DNA from: an uncultured Candidatus Saccharibacteria bacterium
GTDB lineage: Bacteria; Patescibacteriota; Minisyncoccia; Phycocordibacterales; CAYSCM01
Length of the DNA: 64,000 bases
Direction of reading: 5' to 3'
Assembly (NCBI GenBank): GCA_964429815.1
Contig: CAYSCM010000001.1
Span: 32,001-96,000, forward strand
Under the pieces are notes generated by a model. That model made no database searches, was not told where the DNA came from, and worked only from the letters and a program-made list of their open reading frames with translations. The number at the start of each line of letters is the position of its first letter. Position 1 is the stretch's first letter. This document shows positions 1 to 8,596 of the stretch, piece by piece. Position numbers and translations under genes: made by a program.

Positions 1-269
1 TTCCCCGCGCGCGAGCGTACGTGAGTGGGACGTTGTTGGAGCCCGAACCGTTGCGGGCAATGGTTTTGAGGTTGACCATCCGTGCAAGCGCATCGACAGT
101 GAGAATCTCGTGCCCAAGAAGAAGGGCGACGACCCTCTCAGGCTCCGCAAGTGCGCCTGGATTTCTTTCGTGAAGAACTTCGAGACCCGCATCCTTGGCG
201 AGAGTCTGGAAATCCTTTTTGCCCGCATAGGTTCCGGGCGTTACGACAAGAACATTTTCTTTCTGCATG
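1..269 (-). CDS. D-isomer-specific 2-hydroxyacid dehydrogenase family protein, N-terminal part (partial; runs off window start)
   Basis: Reverse-strand translation from the ATG at 269 (cat at 267-269) reads MQKENVLVVTPGTYAGKKDF...LKTIARNGSGSNNVPL, the catalytic/NAD-domain junction pattern of D-2-hydroxyacid dehydrogenases. AAGGAG sits 8 nt upstream. There is no stop in the window, so it is absent from the ORF track. Confidence 0.5.
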
Positions 270-386
270 CCCTTCTCCTTCTTTCGTGGCCAACTCATGG
301 GGCCCCTCGCAGTTGTTCGGGTTTGAGACGTGCAAAATCCTGGGCCATACTACTTACCGCTTGTCAAATAGTCAACTCCCCGATCT

Positions 387-419
387 ATAAAAAGTTAAGA
401 GCGGTCCGAAGACCGCTCT
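387..419 (-). terminator. Rho-independent terminator after the HAD phosphatase gene
   Basis: Hairpin agagcggtc-cgaa-gaccgctct is followed on the minus strand by a T-run (plus-strand ataaaaagtta), directly downstream of the stop at 441. Confidence 0.5.
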
Positions 420-440
420 CGTAGGGCAGAAATCCGCAGG

Positions 441-1028
441 TTAGCCGTAGGGCAGCTCAAAGGGATCCTTCTTGTGGACGACTTCGACCAGGAAGTTCGC
501 GAGGTCGCGAATCGCACCCTCGCCGCCTGGCCGGATGCTCACGAAGTGGCAAATCCTCTTGATGGCCTCCTCGCCGGAGATCGGCGCTGCCGAAAAGTGC
601 ACGGCCTTGAGCATCGCGACATCGACAAGGTCGTCGCCCATGGCCCCGCATTGATTAAGTGTTCCCCCGTGTTTGGCGAGCCATTCCTTGAGCGTCTCGA
701 GCTTCTTGGGCCCGCCGCACCCTTCGAAAAGGTCGATGGGGGGCCAGGCACCGCTTTTGCAGGAAGGGAGATTGTTCAGCCGCTCTACGAGCGCGCGGAC
801 ACCGGCTGCGTTATCATCCTTCTCGTTGGTGATGACGCACAGGCGGATGCCGAGCGCCCGCATAAGAGAGAGCCCCTGGCCGTCGTAGTACGTGCGGATT
901 TTGGGTTTGAATTTCACGCCCCCGATCTCGACGCCTTCCCACACGGTGTTTGGAAAAAGGCATCCGTCGGAATCAAACGCGAAGAAAGAGACTTCGCGGG
1001 CACGTTCGAGTACTTCGGTGGACCACAT
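441..1028 (-). CDS. HAD-IIIA phosphatase, KdsC family (3-deoxy-ulosonate 8/9-phosphate phosphatase-like)
   Basis: FDSDGCL is a DxDG HAD motif I. The C-terminal GDDLVD...PGGEGAIRDL matches the KdsC/YrbI pattern. The likely start is the ATG at 1028, preceded by AGGAGGG; the ORF track extends to 1082. Confidence 0.75.
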   Translation of the reverse strand: MWSTEVLERAREVSFFAFDSDGCLFPNTVWEGVEIGGVKFKPKIRTYYDGQGLSLMRALGIRLCVITNEKDDNAAGVRALVERLNNLPSCKSGAWPPIDLFEGCGGPKKLETLKEWLAKHGGTLNQCGAMGDDLVDVAMLKAVHFSAAPISGEEAIKRICHFVSIRPGGEGAIRDLANFLVEVVHKKDPFELPYG

Positions 1029-1160
1029 GGTCCCTCCTGTTTGTTTGTTGGCTACTGTTTGGCCGGACGCATTCTGACACATCCATTTTATTTGTCAATA
1101 TTCTTCCAGGCTGTCTGGCAATAGAAACCCGTGCTAAGCTTCGCGAGTAACAAACGCGCT

Positions 1161-1697
1161 ATGGACCACCTTAGTCCAGAACTTAGGAAGAAATTCTCGC
1201 AGGTACAGTTTCTCGCGCTCGACTTCGACGGCATTTTCACCACGGGCCACGTGTACGTGCGCCAAGATGGAGAAGAAAGCGTTAAGTGCGACCGGCGCGA
1301 CGGCTTTGGGATTGAGCTTCTGCGCCGAGCCGGAGCCGTTAAAGCTTGCATCATCTCGCGAGAGCCAAACCCCGTCGTGACGGCGCGCGCAAAAAAGCTC
1401 CAACTCCCGGTGTGGCAAGGGATCGAGCGCGGAGGAGGAAAGCTCGAGGTACTCAAAGCTCACGTGGCCGAGCTCGGCATTGCGCTTGAGAACGTCGCAT
1501 ACATGGGGGATGACCTCATCGACATTGCGGTGCTACGAAGCGTCGGACTCCCTATCAGCGTCCCGAACGCCCATCCGAAAGCGCAGAGAGAGGCCCTCTA
1601 CGTCACCAGAGCAGGCGGCGGGGACGGAGCGATCCGTGAGGTCGCCGAGCTTCTCTTGCTAAGCAAAGGTTTCGACCTCGAGGAGCTCTCCCGTTAG
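1161..1697 (+). CDS. HAD-IIIA phosphatase, KdsC family (second, divergent paralog)
   Basis: LDFDGIFT is HAD motif I. ENVAYMGDDLIDIAVL...YVTRAGGGDGAIREVAELLLL closely follows E. coli KdsC (ENVAYVGDDLID...YVTRIAGGRGAVREVCDLLLL). An alternative GTG start lies at 1131. Confidence 0.75.
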   Translation: MDHLSPELRKKFSQVQFLALDFDGIFTTGHVYVRQDGEESVKCDRRDGFGIELLRRAGAVKACIISREPNPVVTARAKKLQLPVWQGIERGGGKLEVLKAHVAELGIALENVAYMGDDLIDIAVLRSVGLPISVPNAHPKAQREALYVTRAGGGDGAIREVAELLLLSKGFDLEELSR

Positions 1698-1737
1698 CCC
1701 AGTGACCCTTTATATGCGTGGTATGGTTATCTCACCT

Positions 1738-2454
1738 ATGAAAAACGATGTCGTGCTAGTGATCCCGGCTCGCGGTGGAAGCAAGGGAGTGCCGCGGAAA
1801 AATATCCGCCCGCTCTATGGAAAGCCCTTGGTTGCCTACACCATTGAAGCGGCGCTTTCCTCAGGAGCCATTAGCCGCGTTATTGTCTCGACCGATGATC
1901 AAGAGATTGGAGCAGTGGCAGAAAAATTTGGTGCGGAGTATCTTGACCGACCGAAAGAAATTTCCGGTGATAAGGTGACACTCGAGCCGGTGATTAAACA
2001 CGCTCTTGCGGCGCTAAAAGAAAAGGAAAACTACGTACCCACCTACATTGCCTGCATTCAGCCGACTTCCCCACTCCTTAGTGGAGATGTTATACGACGT
2101 TGTGTGGAAAAACTTACAAAAGAAAATTTTGATTCATGCATTACTGCGTTTTTGCCTGACACCTACGAATGGAAGTGGAGTCCAATCGTCAAAGACGGTA
2201 AAGAAGTCGGCTTCGAACCTGAACGACCTGTTATGAAGCGCGTGGTGCGGCAAGATTTGCCCAAGGTTTACCACGAGAACGGCGCCTTTTACGTCACCAA
2301 GACCTCACTTTTTAACGAAATCGGCCATCGCTGGGGAGGCAAGATGGCGATCGTTGAGATGACGCAGTTGAATTCTATACAAGTCGATAGCGAAGACCAA
2401 TTCTGGTTTATTGAACAGATCCTCCGCAAGCGCGAAAAAGACAACAAATCGTAG
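1738..2454 (+). CDS. CMP-sugar cytidylyltransferase (acylneuraminate cytidylyltransferase NeuA / CMP-Kdo synthetase family)
   Basis: VLVIPARGGSKGVPRKN is the signature N-terminal motif of NeuA/PseF/LegF-type cytidylyltransferases. The ORF track starts at a GTG at 1702; the ATG at 1738 (MKNDVVLVIPARGG) gives the canonical N-terminus. Confidence 0.8.
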   Translation: MKNDVVLVIPARGGSKGVPRKNIRPLYGKPLVAYTIEAALSSGAISRVIVSTDDQEIGAVAEKFGAEYLDRPKEISGDKVTLEPVIKHALAALKEKENYVPTYIACIQPTSPLLSGDVIRRCVEKLTKENFDSCITAFLPDTYEWKWSPIVKDGKEVGFEPERPVMKRVVRQDLPKVYHENGAFYVTKTSLFNEIGHRWGGKMAIVEMTQLNSIQVDSEDQFWFIEQILRKREKDNKS

Positions 2455-2492
2455 CCGCAGTCACTAGACAAATCATCGATTTTCTGGTCTAT

Positions 2493-2534
2493 TGACACCA
2501 GTAACAGATCGCCCTCTAAAAATGTTTAGAGGGT
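2493..2534 (+). promoter_or_regulatory. Candidate promoter (-35 TTGACA at 2493-2498) overlapping a 9-bp-stem hairpin (ccctctaaa-aatg-tttagaggg) upstream of the radical SAM gene
   Basis: TTGACA is followed after 17 nt by a weak -10 (TCTAAA). The perfect inverted repeat at 2513-2534 is followed by tcttttac. This could be a terminator or attenuator for the upstream cytidylyltransferase gene or a regulatory hairpin. AGGAGGA precedes the ATG at 2565. Confidence 0.3.
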
Positions 2535-2564
2535 AGGCTCTTTTACAGTTTACAGGAGGAACCA

Positions 2565-4307
2565 ATGACTCTCGAGCTCAGGGACTTTGTCCCGAAGAAG
2601 GCCCTCGGGCTCCATCCCGCCGACGTTGTCGCTGGGATTCCCTGGGGAGGACTCTCCGGTATGCGGGTGTGTTTCATCAACATGCCACTGCGGGAGTCCG
2701 CGAAGCCAAATACCCCGCCGCAAGGTCCCGGCCTTATGGCGGCCCGTCTTATGCAGTATGGCGCTGACGTCTCGATTATCGACCTCAACGGCTACCGTAT
2801 CGATGACGAAGAAGCGCACAAGCGCGGACTCGTCAATGGCCGACACGTCTCCCACAATGAGGCGCGTCAGCTCATCGAGGCGACTTTCCACAAGTTCGGC
2901 GAACCGCACGTGATTGGCCTTTCGGGGAAAATCACGACGTTGCGCTGGCAGGAGTGGACCGCCAAGACGTGTCGTTCGCTCGCTCCAGAGGCGTTTCTCA
3001 TCTCCGGCGGTGGGCTCGCGACCGAGTTCAAAGAAGGACTCTTCAGCTGGGTGCCGCAGCTCGACGCGGTCGGCCACTCGGAAGGCGACGACATCATGGT
3101 CGCCTGCGTGAATGACGTTCGCAAGAGCGGAGGCAAGCGCGAGCGCATGACCGACTCGCCCTACTACGTGGGCGAAATCGGCGGACGCCACCGCTTCCTC
3201 TATGCGGGCGATCGACCAAGGGACCTCGATGCGCTACCGTTTGCTGCGCTCGAACTTCTCGAAGAAGACGTCTTTGGCAATCGCATACTCGACGAGTACA
3301 TCGCGACCCCCGTATGGGGACTCGCGGCGAACAACTCGTCGGCGGCACCTTTCGAGATGAGGAAGTCTCTCACGACCGTCTCCTCTCGCGGCTGTCCGTA
3401 TGCCTGCGCGTTCTGCTTCCGTGGAGCGCAAGGCGAGCAAAAGTGGGGGATCCGCTCCCCCGAGAACCTGCGAGCCGAAGCCGAGTGGATGATTCGGAAG
3501 TATGGCGTGGATTTCATCGGGTTTCCCGATGACAACTTTGCCGTAAGCGTCAAGCGCTGCCAATCGCTTCCGGAGGCCTTTGACGGGCTCTCGTTTCGTT
3601 GGGGCACGCATACGCGCCTTGACGAATGCACGCTCGATCGGATCGTGCCCATGGCGAAAGCTGGGTGCATCTATATCGGCGTCGGTGCCGAATCGGCCTC
3701 GAAACACACCCTCTACCGCATGAAAAAGGGCGGACACATCGTCCGCAAGGACGGCGTGGAGCGTCTCACGAAATGGAACGGGTTCGAATTTCCGACAACG
3801 ATGATCGAGGGGATTCGAAATTGCCGAGACGTGGGTATCCACGTGAACGCGACCTGGATCATGGGATACCCAGGGGAAACCTTGGAGGACCTCAAGACCT
3901 CGGTTGCTTTCATTTCCTGGCAACAGGAGCACTACACCAAGGGATTGGTGCCCGGCACGCCGGAGTATCAAAATGCCTCGGCGTCGGTGAATCGACGCAT
4001 GTTCACGGCGACGTGGTATCCGGGGACCACCATGGTGGAAGCCCCCGAAGCCACGAAACCGCGGGAGCTCCTCGGCGAGCACTTCGGGATTCGTTTCGTC
4101 GAGAAAGGAAGCGGGCATGCACACAAGTTCGTCCCCGTTCCCGACGACGCAATGAAAGCCTATGTGCTGGAACTCGATGACGCGACTAAGATCCTCCACG
4201 GATCCGACGGAGCGCCCATCAACTACTCGGACATGCCGGAGGAGGTCTTCCTCGAGGCCCGTAGTCACATCGATTCGGGTCAAACGGAAAAGATCCTGTC
4301 GATGTAA
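2565..4307 (+). CDS. Cobalamin (B12)-binding domain / radical SAM protein (class B radical SAM, probable methyltransferase or related)
   Basis: CPYACAFC is a CxxxCxxC radical SAM cluster motif at about residue 280. The N-terminal approximately 250 aa resemble a B12-binding Rossmann-like region. A strong SD (AGGAGGA) sits at 2554-2560. The protein is 580 aa. Confidence 0.8.
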   Translation: MTLELRDFVPKKALGLHPADVVAGIPWGGLSGMRVCFINMPLRESAKPNTPPQGPGLMAARLMQYGADVSIIDLNGYRIDDEEAHKRGLVNGRHVSHNEARQLIEATFHKFGEPHVIGLSGKITTLRWQEWTAKTCRSLAPEAFLISGGGLATEFKEGLFSWVPQLDAVGHSEGDDIMVACVNDVRKSGGKRERMTDSPYYVGEIGGRHRFLYAGDRPRDLDALPFAALELLEEDVFGNRILDEYIATPVWGLAANNSSAAPFEMRKSLTTVSSRGCPYACAFCFRGAQGEQKWGIRSPENLRAEAEWMIRKYGVDFIGFPDDNFAVSVKRCQSLPEAFDGLSFRWGTHTRLDECTLDRIVPMAKAGCIYIGVGAESASKHTLYRMKKGGHIVRKDGVERLTKWNGFEFPTTMIEGIRNCRDVGIHVNATWIMGYPGETLEDLKTSVAFISWQQEHYTKGLVPGTPEYQNASASVNRRMFTATWYPGTTMVEAPEATKPRELLGEHFGIRFVEKGSGHAHKFVPVPDDAMKAYVLELDDATKILHGSDGAPINYSDMPEEVFLEARSHIDSGQTEKILSM

Positions 4308-4324
4308 TCCAGTTCTCTCACTCA

Positions 4325-4358
4325 GGGACCGCAGCAATGCGGTCCTTTTTTATTTTTA
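4325..4358 (+). terminator. Rho-independent terminator after the radical SAM gene
   Basis: The stem gggaccgcagc/gcggtcc is followed by ttttttattttta. Confidence 0.7.
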
Positions 4359-4397
4359 TGGTCGTTCGCATCCTCATCCTGACCAATCATCGTGCTT

Positions 4398-4426
4398 TTT
4401 GATGTGAGCGTGCTTTAGGTATAGTG
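4398..4426 (+). promoter_or_regulatory. Candidate sigma70-like promoter for the methyltransferase gene
   Basis: TTGATG, then 15 nt, then TATAGT lies just upstream of GGAG and the ATG at 4432. The spacing is short. Confidence 0.3.
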
Positions 4427-4431
4427 GAGCG

Positions 4432-5394
4432 ATGAAGATAGTACGGTGGTCCATACCCAAGCACCTCGATCTGTCGATTGAGATTTCCGGTAGAGAACAT
4501 ATGGCACAGGGAGAAAAGATGGGGTCTACGAAAGCCTTGGATGTCCTGCGCGGAATAACCTTCAGCGGCTCAGCGCCGGCGATACAGTTTGCCGATGTCG
4601 AGTCTTTATTTTCCTTTGTAGAAAAAAAATTTTTACATAAGACATTTGCGGGAGTCGGCATCGAAGTCGGCGCGGGGCCGATGATATTTAGCTCGCTCCT
4701 TACGCGCTCACGACCAAACATTCAACAGATGTATGGAATCGAACTAAGTGGCGGTATCGTAGAATTCATTGCCCCGGGAGTGGTTGATGAATTGCTGGGA
4801 CCCAAGAGTGAAAAGGTAGTCGGGGTCATCGGCAGTTTCGACGCGATGGAGCTTACAAGCGAGAGTGTCGATTTTGTTCTTGATTTTATGTCGCTTCACC
4901 ATGCGACCGACCTCGGAGAGGCGTTCGCCGAATGCTACCGGGTGCTAAAACCAGGCGGCTTCGTTGTTCTTTTTGACAAGGCTCGCCCCGATTCCTTCAC
5001 CTCTCAAGACCTGGAGGGATTGCTCAATACCGAGTACAGCGATGAAGAGAAAAAACGCTTTGGGGTGCCTTCCGGCGAACACTTTACACGCCGGATGAAC
5101 GGGGAAAAAGAATACCGGCTTAAAGATTGGTCGGCGGGGGCCTTAGAGGCCGGTTTCCCGACCCTTATGCATTGGCGACTCGCGCGCACCAACGTGCCGG
5201 GTATCTCAGGATTGTACCGACGTTTGCTTTCTCATGTGCCGCTACGCACCCAGATGGCTACTACCGCTATTGCACAAAGCGTACTGGGCAGCGGCTCAAG
5301 AGTGAAGTTTTCACAAAAAAATTTGGTGTACTCGCGGTACGTGAACCCCTTCCCCCGCGAGATCTCGCTCATGATCGCGCACAAGGCTTACTAA
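4432..5394 (+). CDS. Class I SAM-dependent methyltransferase (type 11-like)
   Basis: GVGIEVGAGPM is a glycine-rich motif I. VLKPGGFVVLFD is the post-II/III region typical of small-molecule methyltransferases. Confidence 0.7.
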   Translation: MKIVRWSIPKHLDLSIEISGREHMAQGEKMGSTKALDVLRGITFSGSAPAIQFADVESLFSFVEKKFLHKTFAGVGIEVGAGPMIFSSLLTRSRPNIQQMYGIELSGGIVEFIAPGVVDELLGPKSEKVVGVIGSFDAMELTSESVDFVLDFMSLHHATDLGEAFAECYRVLKPGGFVVLFDKARPDSFTSQDLEGLLNTEYSDEEKKRFGVPSGEHFTRRMNGEKEYRLKDWSAGALEAGFPTLMHWRLARTNVPGISGLYRRLLSHVPLRTQMATTAIAQSVLGSGSRVKFSQKNLVYSRYVNPFPREISLMIAHKAY

Positions 5395-6299
5395 CTTCTC
5401 CACGCGCTCAGGTCGCGCCCGGTAAATGCCTCGAGTTTTTGCAGTTCGGGTTCATAGCGAGCGCGGAGGGCTTCTTTGAGCTTCGGGTCGAGCGTCCCGT
5501 AGCTAGCTTCCCCGGTCCCCGCCCTCGTGTCGATGGAGCGCACTACTTTTTGGTGGAGCGGCGTTTTGCGGAAGAGGGAGAGGAGGGGCTCTCCGAATGG
5601 CAGGGCTTTGAGTAGCTTCCGCGCCCTGAGCGCGTGTCTGCGCAAGAGTGTCGCTCCGGCGGAATTTATGGTCGTGGCGAGCGAGGGCGGCACGAACGAG
5701 GCATCGACGCCGATGAAAGAAAAGATATCTCTCATATATTTTTTTGGGTCGGCACGCATATCGTCATAGAACGTAATGAGTATCTGGTCGCGGGAAAATA
5801 CCTTGAGATAATTTTCGAGGTGCTTCATATAGAAGCTCTCCTCGATAAACGACGGTTTAGTTTTAATAATTTCCTCAAGGGTTGGGAGCTCATGTGCGCC
5901 CTTTAGCTTCGTGTACATGTAGTGGGAAAAAAAGCGCTCCGTAGGGTTTCGCAATACCGCAATGATCTTCGCTTTAGGAAAATGTGTACGGAGGCGCTCC
6001 GGCACCTCGGGTGCGTGAATATAGATAGGAGTGACTTCTCCGTATACCCTCTTCCCTACACAGTGACCAAAATGTTCAAAATACCCTTCGAGAGCGCCGT
6101 TGTATTTTGTTTTCCCCACCAAATCAGTGCGCCAGAAACTTTGCGTCGTGTTAAAAAAGTTGAGCTCTTTGGGTTCGGAAACACAGACCTCGGGGTGCTC
6201 TTTGAGACATTGGTGGAGCCAGGTGGTGCCCGTCCGCTCCGGACCAATCACGAAGAAATCAATGGAAAAAGGCTTTGCTGTAGATGAAATGGTACTCAT
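5391..6299 (-). CDS. Sulfotransferase family protein (PAPS-dependent, carbohydrate sulfotransferase-like)
   Basis: FFVIGPERTGTTWL matches the 5'-PSB motif (PKSGTTW). IAVLRNPTERFFSHY matches the 3'-PB motif (RNPxD...S.Y). The start overlaps the upstream gene stop in an ATGA arrangement. Confidence 0.75.
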   Translation of the reverse strand: MSTISSTAKPFSIDFFVIGPERTGTTWLHQCLKEHPEVCVSEPKELNFFNTTQSFWRTDLVGKTKYNGALEGYFEHFGHCVGKRVYGEVTPIYIHAPEVPERLRTHFPKAKIIAVLRNPTERFFSHYMYTKLKGAHELPTLEEIIKTKPSFIEESFYMKHLENYLKVFSRDQILITFYDDMRADPKKYMRDIFSFIGVDASFVPPSLATTINSAGATLLRRHALRARKLLKALPFGEPLLSLFRKTPLHQKVVRSIDTRAGTGEASYGTLDPKLKEALRARYEPELQKLEAFTGRDLSAWRS

Positions 6300-6931
6300 G
6301 AGGCCGTCGGGATGGATTCCTTGTCGCGGTTTGAGAAAAACAGGTAGTCGACGATGGCGTGGAAGAAAACCGCGTGAAGCGCCTCAACGGGACCGTAGGC
6401 ACCTTTTCCTGTCTCAATGATTATCTTGTGGTGACAGAGGCTCTTCGCTTTGCCTCCGTCAAAACCAAGAACGCCTATCGCCGTGCCGCCCTTAGCGCAT
6501 ATGTACTCGATCGCGCGAAGCACATTGGGGGAATTGCCACTTGCGGAAATGACGATGAGCACATCGTCGGGACGAAAAATGTGCTTAAGCTGGTCCGCAA
6601 AAACGTTCTCGTAGCCGACATCGTTCCCGAGCGCCGTCACGGCGGCGATATTGTTGAGCGCGTGAATACGAAACGGCTTTTCTTCCGTACCACCCCCGTT
6701 CGTGGTGAGATCGGCCGCAAAGTGAGCCGCCATGGCAGCGCTCCCCCCGTTGCCGGCGATGTAGATCGTAGAGCCCCTCTCCCGGGCCTTTTGAAGCACG
6801 TCGATAATCTCCTCGACCGCTTTGGAATCTACGGCGGAAGCAAGCTCGAAGGCATGCGCAAGATACCCTTCCATAAATTCGGGTACCGATCCTTTTGTCT
6901 TTTGATAGATGGTATCGACGTGTCCTCTCAT
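6296..6931 (-). CDS. gmhA: Phosphoheptose isomerase (sedoheptulose-7-phosphate isomerase, SIS domain)
   Basis: It is a single SIS-domain protein of about 211 aa. STIYIAGNGGSAAMAAHFAADL is the GmhA signature. It is translationally coupled on both sides. Confidence 0.8.
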   Translation of the reverse strand: MRGHVDTIYQKTKGSVPEFMEGYLAHAFELASAVDSKAVEEIIDVLQKARERGSTIYIAGNGGSAAMAAHFAADLTTNGGGTEEKPFRIHALNNIAAVTALGNDVGYENVFADQLKHIFRPDDVLIVISASGNSPNVLRAIEYICAKGGTAIGVLGFDGGKAKSLCHHKIIIETGKGAYGPVEALHAVFFHAIVDYLFFSNRDKESIPTAS

Positions 6932-7932
6932 AGCGTTGTGAGCACCCCGCGGATGAGCTTCCCTTCCTCGAGGTCTTTGAGGGCGGCTCCTATCTCGTCG
7001 AAGGAATACTCTTTCGTAAGTAACTTATCCAAGCACATGACCTTCGGGTTTTCAACGTATTCACGCGCGTAGCGAGGAATGTCGCGGTCGAGCTCGCTCT
7101 CTCCGCCCCAGGTGCCGTAAAGCTTTTTGCCCTTGATGAGCCCGAAAGGGTTGATCGATATGGTTTCCCCGGGCGCAAGGTTTCCTGCAATAACGACGGT
7201 CCCGGCGTCCTTGACCGCGCGGTAGGCGCTCTCCATGGCGCCCTTGTTTCCCGAACACTCGACGGCCACATCGAAATCCTTTCCCTGAAACTCTTCGGCA
7301 GAGATCGCTTCATCGACGCCGAGCTCCTTTTTCGCATGCGCGAGCTTCCACGGAACGACGTCGATCGCGGTAACGTGAGCACCCTTCATGACGGCTCGAA
7401 TGAGTGCACTCGCTCCGATCCCCCCGATGCCGAATATAACCACTCGTTTGCCGTTGAGGTCTCCTAGGCGGTCGATGATACCCATGCCGGTCGGCACCGC
7501 GCACCCAAGAAGTGCCGCAATCGCGGGCTCCACCCCTTTTGACACCTTGGTGACACGATTCTCTGAGACGACCGCAAGCTCGGTAAACGTCGCCACGGAG
7601 CCACCGTTTACCTTCCCTTCTTTGCTTTGATACGTCGGCACCGGAGCGGATATACCCTCTCCAAGGATCCAACTTGCAACCACATAATCTCCGCTCCTTA
7701 CTTTCTGCACGCCTTCTCCGGCCGCGACCACCTCCGCTGCGGCTTCATGTCCCAATAAGTGGGGAATATATTCCGCTCCTTTCCTGCCGCGGATTTCATT
7801 GAGTTGGCTGTGGCAAAGTCCTGTCGCTAGCACTTTAATAAGTACCTGCCCCTTTTGAAGGGAGGGAACCTCAAGCTCCTCGATGGAGAGCGGTCCACCG
7901 ACGACGCGGAGTACTGCAGCGCGCGTTTTCAT
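6928..7932 (-). CDS. Zinc-type alcohol/sugar dehydrogenase (MDR superfamily)
   Basis: GHEAAAEVVAAGEGV is the zinc-ADH GHE motif. GIGGIGASAL is a NAD-binding GxGxxG. The likely start is MKTRAAVL at 7932; the ORF track extends to 7998. Confidence 0.75.
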   Translation of the reverse strand: MKTRAAVLRVVGGPLSIEELEVPSLQKGQVLIKVLATGLCHSQLNEIRGRKGAEYIPHLLGHEAAAEVVAAGEGVQKVRSGDYVVASWILGEGISAPVPTYQSKEGKVNGGSVATFTELAVVSENRVTKVSKGVEPAIAALLGCAVPTGMGIIDRLGDLNGKRVVIFGIGGIGASALIRAVMKGAHVTAIDVVPWKLAHAKKELGVDEAISAEEFQGKDFDVAVECSGNKGAMESAYRAVKDAGTVVIAGNLAPGETISINPFGLIKGKKLYGTWGGESELDRDIPRYAREYVENPKVMCLDKLLTKEYSFDEIGAALKDLEEGKLIRGVLTTL

Positions 7933-7933
7933 G

Positions 7934-8587
7934 CTAGGGGATAAACCAGTAGTAGTCACCCGTGTAGCCGACCTCGGCGAAGAGTTTTTTCCAATCATCG
8001 ACAGATAGGATGGTCTTTGCAGTAAGATTCCACTTCATCATGCGATCCTTCTCTTCTTCATGGTGGTAGGCGTCGACGGTAATGAACGAGTGTTTTCCTT
8101 TCACACGCTCAATCTCTCGAAGAGCCTCTTTACACTCAGGCAGTGGTAGGTTGTGAATGGTGTTAATCGAAATCACGAGATCGTAGGATTTATCCGCAAA
8201 TTGACTAAGATTTCTTGCATCTCCAACCGATACTGCGCCCGCAATTGAGGGCATGGCATTTTCGATAGCGTAGGAGGAAACATCAATACCGCGAACCACC
8301 ATGTGGGGAAGCCAATAGAGAAAATCATTAAGCATAAATCCCTTAGCACACCCGACATCAAGTACCGAAGAGTTGTTGTTGAGTCCGTAGTAATTTATGA
8401 AATCCCGAACCACCGGTACCCACCTCCCATCATAGCGGAAGCCGCCGTAGCCCTGATCCCTGGTGCCATCAAAAAACTCCCTGCCAAACTTTCGGGCAGT
8501 AGCAACATCCTCAGGAGACTTTTGTCCTCGAGCTTCAATGTTGCGTTTGGCTTTTGGATATTTCGAAAGAAGATCGATTTCTGCCAT
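7934..8587 (-). CDS. SAM-dependent methyltransferase
   Basis: VLDVGCAKG is motif I. It is 217 aa, a size typical of O-antigen/NDP-sugar modifying methyltransferases. Confidence 0.65.
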   Translation of the reverse strand: MAEIDLLSKYPKAKRNIEARGQKSPEDVATARKFGREFFDGTRDQGYGGFRYDGRWVPVVRDFINYYGLNNNSSVLDVGCAKGFMLNDFLYWLPHMVVRGIDVSSYAIENAMPSIAGAVSVGDARNLSQFADKSYDLVISINTIHNLPLPECKEALREIERVKGKHSFITVDAYHHEEEKDRMMKWNLTAKTILSVDDWKKLFAEVGYTGDYYWFIP

Positions 8588-8596
8588 AGTGGTTGG

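Noticed and set aside
110-424. ORF-track entries 110-424 (+), 138-335 (-) and 151-390 (+) at the window start
   Set aside because: They overlap a better-supported minus-strand partial gene (1-269) that has an SD and a 2-hydroxyacid dehydrogenase motif but no stop in the window. The listed ORFs have no motifs and arise from the GC-rich sequence.
3234-4337. 367-aa antisense ORF fully inside the radical SAM gene
   Set aside because: Long antisense ORFs are expected at this GC content. The translation is R/G/P-rich low-complexity with no SD, and it would overlap a gene that has an unambiguous CxxxCxxC motif and SD.
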